In this document: one piece after another, positions 26,020 through 36,441 of the stretch
How the letters are laid out: each line of letters starts with the position of its first letter
Numbering within the stretch: position 1 is the first letter of the stretch
Source of the DNA: a virus
Taxonomy: Duplodnaviria; Caudoviricetes
Virus record (IMG/VR): IMGVR_UViG_3300046171_000013
Span: 1 to 56,309 of that record
Reading direction: 5' to 3' (one strand)
Length of the DNA: 56,309 nucleotides
Program-made: the position numbers and the translations under genes
The notes under the pieces: generated by a model
What the model saw: only the letters and a program-made list of their open reading frames with translations
The model's database searches: none
What the model was told of the DNA's origin: nothing

Positions 26020-26852
26020 GTGAAGTAAAGACAAACAAAATCACCAGCCTTGCGAGTAACAACGACATCACCCTCGACCCCGATGGCACTGGTGACACTA
26101 TTATTGCATCAGGTAAAGTGGGCATCGGGACTGCAACACCATCCAGTTACAACAGTGGTGCAGATGATTTAGTTCTAGCCACCACAGGCGCAACTGGTAT
26201 CACTATTGCTTCTGGCACAAGCAACAATGGTTCTTTGTTTTTTGCTGATGGTACTTCTGGTGCAGACCAATATCGCGGTTATATCCAGTATGAGCAAACC
26301 AATAATGCTATGGCTTTTGGAACTAACGGTGCTGAACGGATGCGTATTGATTCGGCAGGTAAAGTTCGGATTGGTACTTCAAGCGGAGTATATACGGAAC
26401 AATTTCTTGTTCAAAGTGATACGTCTAGCGTAAACCCAATGACGGTCAATAATACACGGTCATCTGCCGCGACTGATTATGCAATTATTTTTGGTAGAAA
26501 TGGTAGTATCGTAGGTTCCATACAAACATCTTTGTCGGCTACATCTTATGTAACAAGTTCAGACTATCGCTTAAAAACTAATGTTTCATACGATTGGGAC
26601 GCAACAAGTAGGTTGAAACAACTCAAGCCAGCACGTTTCAACTTCATTGCTGACGCAGATACCACAGTCGATGGCTTCTTAGCACATGAGGCACAGGCGG
26701 TTGTCCCCGAAAGTGTCACTGGCACTAAGGATGAAGTCGATGACGATGGCAATCCTGTGTATCAGGGCATAGACCAAGCCAAACTTGTGCCATTGCTGGT
26801 AAAGACAATCCAAGAATTAGAAGCGCGTATTACGGCGTTGGAGGCTGAATAA
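26016..26852 (+). CDS. Tail fibre with C-terminal intramolecular chaperone (peptidase S74)
   Basis: TSSDYRLK cleavage motif; GFLAHE; LVPLLVKTIQEL. Confidence 0.9.
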   Translation: MSEVKTNKITSLASNNDITLDPDGTGDTIIASGKVGIGTATPSSYNSGADDLVLATTGATGITIASGTSNNGSLFFADGTSGADQYRGYIQYEQTNNAMAFGTNGAERMRIDSAGKVRIGTSSGVYTEQFLVQSDTSSVNPMTVNNTRSSAATDYAIIFGRNGSIVGSIQTSLSATSYVTSSDYRLKTNVSYDWDATSRLKQLKPARFNFIADADTTVDGFLAHEAQAVVPESVTGTKDEVDDDGNPVYQGIDQAKLVPLLVKTIQELEARITALEAE

Positions 26853-27217
26853 TGGCACTAGGTAAAATCAAAGCAGATACCCTAGAACACAGCACCGCTG
26901 GCGCACTTGATACGCAGTACGTTGTGCAGGGTAGTGCGAAGGTGTGGCATACAGGTACGGCAGACGGTACTAGCTTAGAGGACAGCTTTAATGTCGCTTC
27001 TCTTACAGATACTGCCACTGGCAAACAAACAATTAATATAAGTAGTGCTATGTCTAATGATGATTACTCTGCAATGGCAACTTGTAATAATAATACTCTT
27101 ATATGTACACGGATAAGTGCAAAAGGAACTGGCTCATACGCATCTACAATGTCAACACCATCAAATACAGACACAGATGTTAGGAACAGCACAACCGTTC
27201 ACGGAGACTTAGCATAA
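26852..27217 (+). CDS. Short tail-fibre module (GDLA paralog 2)
   Basis: GSAKVW...DSFNVASLTD; ends HGDLA. Confidence 0.75.
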   Translation: MALGKIKADTLEHSTAGALDTQYVVQGSAKVWHTGTADGTSLEDSFNVASLTDTATGKQTINISSAMSNDDYSAMATCNNNTLICTRISAKGTGSYASTMSTPSNTDTDVRNSTTVHGDLA

Positions 27218-27693
27218 TGCAGACACCTGAGTTTCAAGGCACACATCTATGGGATAGGCTCTGCTGGGCTAAGGAAAACCTTGATGGTGTGCAGTCAGAC
27301 TATCGGGTTGTCTATGAGGACAGTGTAGACGAGTGCGCTAAGATACTTGTTCCCGATCCGAATTGGATGGCTTGCGCTTTGCAGGGTGGGATACTGCCGC
27401 CGGTCCAGGTGTATTGGGAGCTAGCCAAAGATGAAGCACAGCCCGACTTCAAGAAGCACACTCGTGGCTACTTGCTGCACAACACCAAGCCTATCGAGGC
27501 GATGACAGAAGAACAGGCGATTGAGTATCTGATTATGAAAGACTGCCCACAAAGCGTGTGGCGTAACTATGATAGCGGAAACAAGCCAAAAATGGTAATA
27601 TGCCGCAAGGAACAGCTTCCAGCGACTCGTGAGTGGCGCAATGCTTGGAAGATTAGTGAAGACCTCGCCACTGATGAAATCGAAGCCGCTTAG
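27217..27693 (+). CDS. Tail-associated hypothetical protein
   Basis: MTEEQAIEYLIMKD...LP..R.WRNAW. Confidence 0.7.
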   Translation: MQTPEFQGTHLWDRLCWAKENLDGVQSDYRVVYEDSVDECAKILVPDPNWMACALQGGILPPVQVYWELAKDEAQPDFKKHTRGYLLHNTKPIEAMTEEQAIEYLIMKDCPQSVWRNYDSGNKPKMVICRKEQLPATREWRNAWKISEDLATDEIEAA

Positions 27694-27707
27694 AAGGAGT
27701 AAATCTA

Positions 27708-28079
27708 ATGGCAACAACATATATCGTAGACAAGGACGGGAACCAGATTGACGCTTCCACGGCTACCGTTCCATCTGATCGTCACTTTCGCGGTGCATGG
27801 TCATTGAGCGGAAGCGTGATTTCTGAGGACATGACAGCCGCCAAGGAAATCTTCAAAGACAAAATTCGTGAAGTACGGGCACCGCTGCTTGATGCAGAGG
27901 ATGTCGTGTACATGAAGGCTTTGGAAGCTGACGATGCCGATGCAAAGGCAGCCTCTGTAGCTAAGAAGAACGCACTACGCAACGCACCAGCGGCCTCTGC
28001 TATTACAAGTGCGGATACCATTGCAAAGCTGAAGGCAGCTTGGGATACAGACGTACTTGGCGACTCTCCCTACGCATAA
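27708..28079 (+). CDS. Tail assembly chaperone-like protein
   Basis: VPSDRHFRGAW...IR..R.PLL...D...K..LR.AP. Confidence 0.65.
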   Translation: MATTYIVDKDGNQIDASTATVPSDRHFRGAWSLSGSVISEDMTAAKEIFKDKIREVRAPLLDAEDVVYMKALEADDADAKAASVAKKNALRNAPAASAITSADTIAKLKAAWDTDVLGDSPYA

Positions 28080-28090
28080 GGATAACTAGC

Positions 28091-29158
28091 ATGGCTCTGA
28101 CAACAGTAAGACCACAAGGTATGGGCTTCAACACTGGTAGGAGAAATCTTATCATCAACGGAGCCATGCAAGTTGCCCAGCGGGGGACGAGCTTCTCATC
28201 CATTACAGCTAATGTTTATCCTGTCGATAGGTTTTTTGTGCGAGATGTTAATTCTGCGGCTGGCGAAGCCACCGTATCTCAATCTACAACGACGCCAGAC
28301 GACTTCAAAAACTCTTTGAAAATTGACGTGACTACTGCGGACACTTCTTTAGTGGCGGCGGACCAGTACAAGATTGAGTATCGCGCTGAAGGTCAAGATG
28401 TCGCCCATCTAAACTGGGGAACATCTGCTGCTAAAGCTGTCACACTGTCTTTCTGGATACGTTCAAACAAAACAGGTAATACACAGGTTGCTGTCTTAAA
28501 CAGTGACAACAATAGAGCATATGTTGCTACTTTCAGTATTAGTGCGGCTGACACTTGGGAACGCAAAGAATTAACTATTGATGGTGATACAAGTGGAACG
28601 TGGCTCACTACAAACGGCATTGGTTTGCGATTACGTTGGGGTTCGTATGGTTCTACTTATCAAACATCATCTGTCAATCAGTGGGTTGGCAGTCAGGTAA
28701 TGTCGCGAGACGATAGCCCAATCAACTTCTTTGACAGCACAGACAATGAACTTTATCTGACCGGCGTCCAGCTTGAACTTGGCGATAACGCATCAGACTT
28801 TGAACACCGCAGCTTCGGCGAGGAACTGGCCCTGTGTCAGAGGTATTACTTTGAATCTCAACCAACAACTTCTTATGGGATGCAGGGCATAGGTGCGGTG
28901 TTTGATGGTGATTCTTCGGATATTGTTGTTTATTTTCCCACAACAATGAGGACTAAACCAACTTTTACATTTTCTAATTTGGCAATTTTTGTAGGCACAT
29001 CTGGTCAGGCCGTAACATCAGCGGGAGATGCAGGAAGTACAACAAACGCAAGTTTCATAAGAACAACGTATTCTTCAGCATTTACAGTAGGTCAAGCTGC
29101 TGTACTCGTAAACAATAACAATGTTGATGGTTACGCTAGATTTGATGCGGAGATATAG
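28091..29158 (+). CDS. Tail fibre / receptor-binding protein, carbohydrate-binding-like (paralog A)
   Basis: RNLIINGAMQVAQRG...TLSFW...TGVQLE.G..A..FEHRS...EL..CQRY. Confidence 0.8.
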   Translation: MALTTVRPQGMGFNTGRRNLIINGAMQVAQRGTSFSSITANVYPVDRFFVRDVNSAAGEATVSQSTTTPDDFKNSLKIDVTTADTSLVAADQYKIEYRAEGQDVAHLNWGTSAAKAVTLSFWIRSNKTGNTQVAVLNSDNNRAYVATFSISAADTWERKELTIDGDTSGTWLTTNGIGLRLRWGSYGSTYQTSSVNQWVGSQVMSRDDSPINFFDSTDNELYLTGVQLELGDNASDFEHRSFGEELALCQRYYFESQPTTSYGMQGIGAVFDGDSSDIVVYFPTTMRTKPTFTFSNLAIFVGTSGQAVTSAGDAGSTTNASFIRTTYSSAFTVGQAAVLVNNNNVDGYARFDAEI

Positions 29159-29341
29159 ATGGAAAACAAAATGAACATTTCATCAGCACAGTATTTTCAA
29201 ACCTATGGGCAAAACGTTAGTATAACCATAGTTGTTGATGGTGAAAAAATGTCCGTACCCCTTGACCCAGCCAACCGCCACTACGCTGAGATACAACGCC
29301 AAGTAGATGCTGGCGAATTAACTATAGAGGATGCGGATTAA
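29159..29341 (+). CDS. Small fibre-associated protein (paralog A)
   Basis: VPLDPANRHY.EI...V..G.LTI.DA. Confidence 0.75.
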   Translation: MENKMNISSAQYFQTYGQNVSITIVVDGEKMSVPLDPANRHYAEIQRQVDAGELTIEDAD

Positions 29342-29805
29342 TGTCATCATATATTGGTAAATCCCCATCAGTTGGTGTTCGTAACCGTTACCTGTATCAG
29401 GCAACGGCTGGTCAGACTACGTTCAGCGGATCGGATGCTGATGCGAAGGTACTGAATTACCCGGACAGCAACTATTTGGACGTTTACCAAAATGGTGTGC
29501 TTTTGAAGCCGGTTACGGATTATACAAGCACGACAGGCACCAGCATTATCTTGGTGACTGCGGCCAGCTTGAACGATGTCGTTGAGATGGTGGTTTACGA
29601 TGTCTTCTCTGTAGCTAACAGCTACACAGTGACAGAGAGTGACACACGCTACCCATTCAAAGGTAACAACAGCATCATCCGCTTGAATGGTCAAAGCATA
29701 ACGGCAGACGTTACTATTGATGCAGATGAGAACGGCGTGAGTGCAGGTCCGATTACACAGGACAATGCCACCGTCACTGTTAACGGATATTGGAGTATCG
29801 TATGA
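29341..29805 (+). CDS. Tail fibre connector, block B
   Basis: YIGKSP...ATAGQT.F...DVY.NGV.L; ENG.SAGP. Confidence 0.7.
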   Translation: MSSYIGKSPSVGVRNRYLYQATAGQTTFSGSDADAKVLNYPDSNYLDVYQNGVLLKPVTDYTSTTGTSIILVTAASLNDVVEMVVYDVFSVANSYTVTESDTRYPFKGNNSIIRLNGQSITADVTIDADENGVSAGPITQDNATVTVNGYWSIV

Positions 29806-30224
29806 CCAGTCAGTTAAACGTAGACACCATTGTAGATAAGGCTGGCTCTGGTGGCACGAATGTAAAGGTTGGTAACACCTCTACATATGTATCTGATGGT
29901 GGTTCCGCCACACAAGACCTCGTAGAAAGTTTGTTAAAAGCGTATACACACGGTTCTAATTCTGCTGCCCTACCGTCTTCTTTCAACATTGCAAGTGGCA
30001 CTGATAACGGAACAGGGGATTACATCTATGCTTTCACTAACAATATGAGCAGTATAAATTATGCGATTACTACATCGTGTCATTCTGCTGGTTTGGCTGC
30101 AACAAATAGAGATAGTCAAGCCACTGCTTCGTACAAGGTTCAAGTTTTTGCACGGGGTGATAGCACTCTGGGAAGCGCATCTGACCAAGTAAACTACAGC
30201 GCAATTCATGGAGACCTCGCATAA
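29802..30224 (+). CDS. Short tail-fibre module (GDLA paralog 3)
   Basis: SFNIAS.TDNGTG.Y; ends HGDLA. Confidence 0.75.
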   Translation: MTSQLNVDTIVDKAGSGGTNVKVGNTSTYVSDGGSATQDLVESLLKAYTHGSNSAALPSSFNIASGTDNGTGDYIYAFTNNMSSINYAITTSCHSAGLAATNRDSQATASYKVQVFARGDSTLGSASDQVNYSAIHGDLA

Positions 30225-30655
30225 TGGCAAGCATACTCAAAGTCGATGAAATGCAGGGTGTAACCAGCACAGGTGATATCACGATTACCAGCGAGGGTGG
30301 CAGTGCCACGATGCAGTTGCAGCAGGGGCTGGCGAAGGCGTGGATGTTTTTTGACACCAATACAGGCGCAGTTGTTAATGATTCTTTGAATATCAGTTCT
30401 ATAACAGATGTTGATGTGGGCAGAACAACCGGCTCGTGGACAAACAGTTTTGGAAACACCACATACTCAGGAGTATGTAACACCAACGCTGGTTCGGGAA
30501 CGCTTTATACGAGTTTTGGAACGCAAGCTATAGTAACTTTGGTTACAAGGGCCACAACTGGCTACCTTGGTGTTGCTTCTAACAGCGAAGAAAACAGTGC
30601 GTGCAAAGATGGCGACTTAAATGATCTTGATCTCGCATTTGGAGACCTCGCATAA
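30224..30655 (+). CDS. Short tail-fibre module (GDLA paralog 4)
   Basis: GLAKAW...DSLNISSITD; ends FGDLA. Confidence 0.75.
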   Translation: MASILKVDEMQGVTSTGDITITSEGGSATMQLQQGLAKAWMFFDTNTGAVVNDSLNISSITDVDVGRTTGSWTNSFGNTTYSGVCNTNAGSGTLYTSFGTQAIVTLVTRATTGYLGVASNSEENSACKDGDLNDLDLAFGDLA

Positions 30656-31050
30656 TGGCTAGTGAACTGAGAGTAAACACCCTGAAGGATGCCAGCGGGA
30701 ACAACAGCGTGGCTACGTCGTATGTTGCACAGGGTAGTGCGAAGGCGTGGGTTAACTTCAACGGCACAGGTACTATTGCGGCACGAGATAGCAATAATGT
30801 AAGCAGTTTGACAGACAATGGTACTTCTGATTACAGGACAACTTTTACATCCGCTATGAACAATGATGATTTTGCGGTATCTGCGCAGTCGACTGCTCTT
30901 GGAACTGGGTATCATTGTAACGCACCAAAAAATGCAGCAGATGCAAGTGTTTCTACCACTATAATACGGTCTATAGGCACTGATTTTAACGGCAATGACA
31001 ACATGACGCACCAATTTGTGCATCATATCATTCACGGAGACCTCGCATGA
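30655..31050 (+). CDS. Short tail-fibre module (GDLA paralog 5)
   Basis: GSAKAWVNFNG...DS.NVSSLTDNGT; ends HGDLA. Confidence 0.75.
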   Translation: MASELRVNTLKDASGNNSVATSYVAQGSAKAWVNFNGTGTIAARDSNNVSSLTDNGTSDYRTTFTSAMNNDDFAVSAQSTALGTGYHCNAPKNAADASVSTTIIRSIGTDFNGNDNMTHQFVHHIIHGDLA

Positions 31051-32159
31051 GTAAGGCAGCAGAACTCGCCGCACTGATTGGTTCGCAGACGGCGCAGGGT
31101 AATCGGAACCTGATAATTAATGGTGCGATGCAGGTCAGCCAGAGGGCTACGTCAGCAACTGTAGGGCCAAACGGCACTGGCGAAGGCTACACTGTAGTAG
31201 ATAGATTTCAGAACTCTCTAACCGGCTCTGTTGTGTCTACATTTTCACAGAGTACAGATGCGCCTTCAGGGTTTGCTAATAGCGCAAAGATTGAAATAAC
31301 AACTGCCGACACCTCTCTGGCTGGTACAGAGTTTTGGCATCTTAGGTACGGATTTGAAGGACAAGATTTACAGTCCATTGCTAAAGGCACGTCAGATGCC
31401 AGAGCATTAACTGTTTCTTTCTGGGTAAAGTCCAACAAGACAGGCACTTACACTGTAGAACTGCAAGATATAGATAATAGTAGACGCAACTCTTTGGCAT
31501 ACACCATCGACAGTTCAAATACGTGGGAGCATAAATCTTTAACTTATAATCCAGATACTGCTGGGTCGGGATTTGCCAACAGTAATGCCCAGTCCTTGCG
31601 TATAAACTTTTGGTTTGTCGCAGGTGCAGACTTTAAAAGCGGCACCTTTTATAACGGAACTTGGGGTGCAGAGGATAATGCGAAAAGAGTCCACAGCAGT
31701 CAGGTAAATCTTGGCGATACTGTCGGTAACGAGTGGTACATCACCGGAGTCCAGATGGAACTTGGCGAACAGGCCACGCCGTTTGAGCATCGGTCATTTG
31801 GCGATGAGTTGCACAGATGCCACAGATATTTTCAAGGTCAGGGGACAACTGCGGCGGCATTAGATGCAAGTGGCAACACTAAACAAAGTGCACTTTTCGC
31901 TAATGGAAAATTAGCATCAACAGGTAGTTCTACATATCATCGTCTGCAAGCTCCTATGCAAACCAGAATGAGAAGTGCGCCAACAGCTTACGTCAGTGAC
32001 AACAATGGGACTTTAGGGAAAGCATACTATAATGGCGCAAATGCAACGGTAACGACTTACATAGCGACAGAAACTACGGTTGTTTTTCGACCTCAAGCCG
32101 CTGCCACATCAACCGCAACGGATATATGGATAAACTACTCATTAGAGTCGGAGTTGTAA
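31047..32159 (+). CDS. Tail fibre / receptor-binding protein (paralog B)
   Basis: RNLIINGAMQVSQR...TGVQME.G..AT.FEHRS. Confidence 0.8.
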   Translation: MSKAAELAALIGSQTAQGNRNLIINGAMQVSQRATSATVGPNGTGEGYTVVDRFQNSLTGSVVSTFSQSTDAPSGFANSAKIEITTADTSLAGTEFWHLRYGFEGQDLQSIAKGTSDARALTVSFWVKSNKTGTYTVELQDIDNSRRNSLAYTIDSSNTWEHKSLTYNPDTAGSGFANSNAQSLRINFWFVAGADFKSGTFYNGTWGAEDNAKRVHSSQVNLGDTVGNEWYITGVQMELGEQATPFEHRSFGDELHRCHRYFQGQGTTAAALDASGNTKQSALFANGKLASTGSSTYHRLQAPMQTRMRSAPTAYVSDNNGTLGKAYYNGANATVTTYIATETTVVFRPQAAATSTATDIWINYSLESEL

Positions 32160-32160
32160 T

Positions 32161-32346
32161 ATGATGGAAGGGATGACAATTTCAAACGCACAATACGCCC
32201 AAAACGACGATGGCGACAACGTATCTATAACAGCCACCATTGATGGGCAGTTGCTGTTAGTGCCTGTGGCTCTCGGCAACCGCCACTACGACGAGATAAT
32301 GCGACAGGTCGAGGCCGGTACTTTGACCATAGCTGACGCGGAGTAA
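32161..32346 (+). CDS. Small fibre-associated protein (paralog B)
   Basis: VP...GNRHYDEI...V..G.LTIADA. Confidence 0.75.
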   Translation: MMEGMTISNAQYAQNDDGDNVSITATIDGQLLLVPVALGNRHYDEIMRQVEAGTLTIADAE

Positions 32347-32349
32347 TGA

Positions 32350-34211
32350 ATGCCGCTCACCAAACTCCAATTCAAGCCCGGTATCAACAGAGAGGGCACT
32401 AATTACTCTAACGAAGGCGGATGGTTTGATGGGAATTACATCCGCTTTCGCTATGGGTATGCGGAGCGTATTGGCGGCTGGATCAAGGTAGGTTCTGCTC
32501 AGTTTCTAGGCACGGTACGCAAGCTGCTGAACTTCGTGACCCTTGATTCTTTGAATCTCTTATTCTTGGGTTCCGAAAAAAAGATCTATCTTGAGGACTC
32601 TGGCACGTTTAACGACATCACGCCTATCCGCTCAACAGTCACTTTGCCTAATAATCCGATTAACACCTCCGGCGGAGCTGGAAGCGGAGTAGTCACCGTC
32701 ACTACGTCCTTGGCTCACGGTGCTATCGTTGGTGACTTTGTTACGTTTGCCAGTCTAACGGCGGTGGACGGACTGACCACGGCGCAGCTTAATAAAGAAC
32801 ATGAAATTCTATCTGTTCCTACGACCACGACTTTTACAGTCAACACGGGCGGATCTGCTTCGTCTGGTAGCACGGCTGGTGGCGGTGCTTCCGGCACGGC
32901 GGCGTTTCAATTAACGTGGGACTAAATACCTACGATTCTTGGTCCTGGCTGGGGTGCAGGAACATGGGGTCGTTTTACTTGGGGTTCTGGTGCCGGATCT
33001 CTGGCCGGTAACACCCTGCGCTTGTGGTTTGCGGACAACTTCGGTGAAGATCTGATCTGCAACATTGGTGACGGACGCATTTATTATTGGGATGCAACGA
33101 ATGGAACAACCACCCGTGCGGTGGAGTTAAGTTCTCTGTCTGGTGCTTCCAATGTGCCTACGGTAGCACGCAAAGTTCTTGTGTCTGAGGTTGACCGACA
33201 TGTTCTGGCCTTTGGTGCCAACCCCTTGGGTGAATCTGGGCAAGACCCATTGCTTATACGGTTCTCGTCTCAAGAATCTGCTACGGACTGGACACCTACC
33301 GCTACGAACACAGCCGGTGATCTTCGCCTGTCGCAAGGCTCAGAGATCATTACGGCACTGCGTACAAGCCGTCAGATTCCTTGTCTGGACAGACACATCA
33401 TTGCACTCAGTGCAGTTCACTGGTCCTCCCTTTACTTTTGGCACGGCGTTGCTGGCAGACAACACTCGTATTGCCTGGTCCTAATGCCGCGATCAGTGTA
33501 AACGATACGGTGTTCTGGATGGGTCAGGAGAACTTCTATGTCTATGATGGCCGCGTCATGCCGATTCCGTGTTCGGTTCGTGACTATGTGTTCAGTGATC
33601 TAAACCGCAACCAGTCCTTCAAGATTCACGCTGGTAGCCTTGGTAGCCAGACCGAGGTGTGGTGGTTCTATTGCTCTGAGTCATCTAATGAGATCGACAA
33701 GTATGTGATATACAACTACGGCGAAAAGGTCTGGTACTATGGCTCGCTCGCTCGTACTGCATGGAATGATCGTGCAGCCGGCCAGCGTAGCTATCCACAA
33801 GCTCCAAGCACTGACAACTATCTATACGACCATGAGCGTGGGTTGGATGACGGCAGTCAGACTCCGTCCATCGCCGTACCGGCGTTTGTTCAATCGTCAG
33901 ACTTCGACATCGGTGATGGCGATCAGTTTATGCTGATCCGCAGGGTTATACCGGACTTGTCTTTCAACGGGTCAACGGACTCTACACCTGCCGTAACCAT
34001 GTCCATGCAATCTCGTGACTTCAACGGTAAGGCCGTAACCGAAACGGTGACGGGTAGTGTGGAGGAGACGAGTTCTGACATTTACACGAATCAGGTATTT
34101 ATGCGTGCTCGAGGCCGTAGCATGAACTTCAAGATCAGCAACTCCGATAAGGGCGTGCGCTGGAGGCTGGGTGCACCGCGTCTTGATGTACGAGCGGATG
34201 GGCGCCGATGA
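32350..34211 (+). CDS. Tail nozzle / stabilisation protein (tubular B / P22 gp10-like); frameshifted in this read
   Basis: Pieces 32350..32925, 33022..33501 and 33381..34211: KPGIN.E.T.Y..EG.W...DNFGEDL...P.ATNTAG..RL...WRLG..R.D...DGRR. Confidence 0.75.
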
Positions 34212-34489
34212 CAAAGGTAGTTCGCACGATTCTGCCTGTTGCGCCTAGTGAGTATGATCAGACCTATGTGAATCAGCTAGCGCGTAACCTTGATCGCGTA
34301 ATTGATGACCAACGTAACCCGATTCTGAACTTTACAGGGGTGCCTAGTGACGGTGTGGCTAATACGCTTGAGATAGGTGATATCTACGATTCAGGCGGTT
34401 TTTTGCGTATTGTGCGACAAGGTGATATATTGTCAGGAAGCGAAAGTGCAACTGGCGCAGTAGGAACAGTAACGGTGGTGGTGCCATGA
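34208..34489 (+). CDS. Hypothetical virion protein
   Basis: LP.AP.EY...; C-terminal TGAVGTVTVV. Confidence 0.65.
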   Translation: MTKVVRTILPVAPSEYDQTYVNQLARNLDRVIDDQRNPILNFTGVPSDGVANTLEIGDIYDSGGFLRIVRQGDILSGSESATGAVGTVTVVVP

Positions 34490-34722
34490 GTGATGATGTA
34501 ATTGTAATGCCTGACGGTAGCCGCTGGTCACCGAGCACAAGTTCTGATAAAGTATATTGCGTCAGCTGCCCTAATCAAGTTGACACGCCCGAAGAGGTAG
34601 CGAGTTACCCCGATGGCAACTGCCCAGATTGCGGTGAGCCATGGACTGGCGCAGAAAGAAGAGACACCACAATCACGGTGACTATGCCACAATCGCTCGG
34701 AGGGTCTACTCTTGGGTCTTAG
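34486..34722 (+). CDS. Small zinc-ribbon protein
   Basis: CVSC...CPDC. Confidence 0.6.
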   Translation: MSDDVIVMPDGSRWSPSTSSDKVYCVSCPNQVDTPEEVASYPDGNCPDCGEPWTGAERRDTTITVTMPQSLGGSTLGS

Positions 34723-35545
34723 TCTGAAATCACTACTTCCTATTGCTGGTGCCGCCGCAGGATATTTCTTCGGCGGTCCTGCTGGTAGTGCGGCTATGAA
34801 CGCGGCTCTTGGCTCTGGCATTGGTACACTTGTGGCTGGTGGCAAGCCTAAAGACGCCGTAATGAACGCTATTCTGGCTGGTGGCGCAGGCGCTGGACTC
34901 GGTTCCTTGGGTGTCCAAGGTGCGGGAGCCGCAGCTGCAGGTAGCGGAGCGAGCACTGCTACAGGGCTTAGTGCCGCAAATAAACAAATTCTAGCAGATC
35001 AGGCTCGTATGCAGGCTGGACAACTTGGTGCTAAACAAGTCGCAACTGAGGCCGCAAAGGGCGGTATCTTTGGTTCTGGTATTTCGGTTGGTGACGTAGT
35101 GGTTGGTAGTTCCTTGCTGGGCATGGCTGGTGTAGGCGAAGAGGACGTTACAGATGACGGTCCTCGTGAACTTGAATCTCGGCCTGATTACAAGGGCACA
35201 CCGATTGCGGGTTTGTTTGTTGATCCTGTCACAGGCGAAGCATATGACACTGCGGAAGAGTTGGAAGACGCTATCAACTCTCGCAAGGACGACACCATGA
35301 CCATGGCGTTGGGCGGCATTGTTACGTTGAAAGAGGGCGGGTACATCGAGGGTCCAGGCACTGGAACCTCTGACAGTGTAAACGCTGGCATATATCAGAA
35401 TGGTAAGAAAGTTCAGGAGGCAAGACTCTCGGACGGTGAATTTGTATTTAAGGAAAAGTCTGTCGTAGGCGCAGGCAATGGAAACAGGGAGCTTGGTGCC
35501 AAGCGTCTGTATGCCATGATGGATAAGTTTGAGAGGATGGCATAA
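34712..35545 (+). CDS. Internal virion (ejection) protein
   Basis: Gly/Ala-rich hydrophobic N-terminus; GPGTGTSDS...RLSDGEFV. Confidence 0.7.
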   Translation: MGLSLKSLLPIAGAAAGYFFGGPAGSAAMNAALGSGIGTLVAGGKPKDAVMNAILAGGAGAGLGSLGVQGAGAAAAGSGASTATGLSAANKQILADQARMQAGQLGAKQVATEAAKGGIFGSGISVGDVVVGSSLLGMAGVGEEDVTDDGPRELESRPDYKGTPIAGLFVDPVTGEAYDTAEELEDAINSRKDDTMTMALGGIVTLKEGGYIEGPGTGTSDSVNAGIYQNGKKVQEARLSDGEFVFKEKSVVGAGNGNRELGAKRLYAMMDKFERMA

Positions 35546-36441
35546 TGGCTGAAACAGTCCGCACCGAACAACTACAGGTATTACCGGAGTATCAGGAAAC
35601 ATTCCTGAAAGACCTGCTCGCCAGCACCTCTACGATGGCGAATCAGCCGACTACGATCCCTGAGTATCAGGTAGCTGGTCTGACTCCAGCACAGCAACAA
35701 GCTATCCAGCTCGGCGTCTCAGGTGTGGGTGCCTATCAACCGATGATGCAGGCTGGAGCGGCGACTCTGGGTCAGGGTGTAGCGGCGTTACAACCTGGTG
35801 CGTACCAGCAGTATATGTCGCCGTACACACAGGACGTTATTGATCAAAGCCTGTCAGATCTACAGCGGCAGGCGGACATGGAGCGTCAGCGTATTGGTTC
35901 GGCGGCGGTACAGGCGGGTGCGTTTGGTGGTTCACGCCAAGCTATCGCAGAGCAAGAACTACAGCGCAACACGGCGGATGCCTTTGCTAGGCAGTCGGCA
36001 CAGCTTCGTGCGCAAGCGTTTGAGTCTGCACAGGATCGCTCACAGCAAGCTGGCGAACTGTTTGGTAAGCTGGGTCTACAGCAGGCAGCCATGGGTGAAT
36101 CTGCACAGGCGGCACAAGCAAGAGACGTTGGAATCCTGTCACAGCTTGGTGGTCAGGAACAACAGCAACAGCAGGCAGAGCTTGAGGCACAACGCGCTAC
36201 AAGCCTTGAGCGGCAGTTTGAACCTTATCAGCGTATTGGATTCATGTCTGATATCTTCCGTGGCGTGCCTACCACGACCAGTACGCTTACAAGCAAGACG
36301 GCGCCTTCGCCTAGCATGTTGTCTCAGGTCGCTGGTCTGGGCATGGGTGTCGCTGGTCTTCAGCAGGCTGGAGCCTTTGGCTCTGGGGGCATCTTTGGTG
36401 GATTAGGTAACATGTTGGGGTTGGGAGCGACTAAAGGATGA
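35545..36441 (+). CDS. DNA transfer / ejection protein
   Basis: Q/A-rich; YMSPY...GAFGGSR; hydrophobic Gly-rich C-terminus. Confidence 0.75.
   Translation: MAETVRTEQLQVLPEYQETFLKDLLASTSTMANQPTTIPEYQVAGLTPAQQQAIQLGVSGVGAYQPMMQAGAATLGQGVAALQPGAYQQYMSPYTQDVIDQSLSDLQRQADMERQRIGSAAVQAGAFGGSRQAIAEQELQRNTADAFARQSAQLRAQAFESAQDRSQQAGELFGKLGLQQAAMGESAQAAQARDVGILSQLGGQEQQQQQAELEAQRATSLERQFEPYQRIGFMSDIFRGVPTTTSTLTSKTAPSPSMLSQVAGLGMGVAGLQQAGAFGSGGIFGGLGNMLGLGATKG

Noticed and set aside
25627-32346. Diversity-generating retroelement or shufflon acting on tail fibres
   Set aside because: No reverse transcriptase, no adenine-specific TR/VR pair, no invertase, and all cassettes lie in the same orientation.
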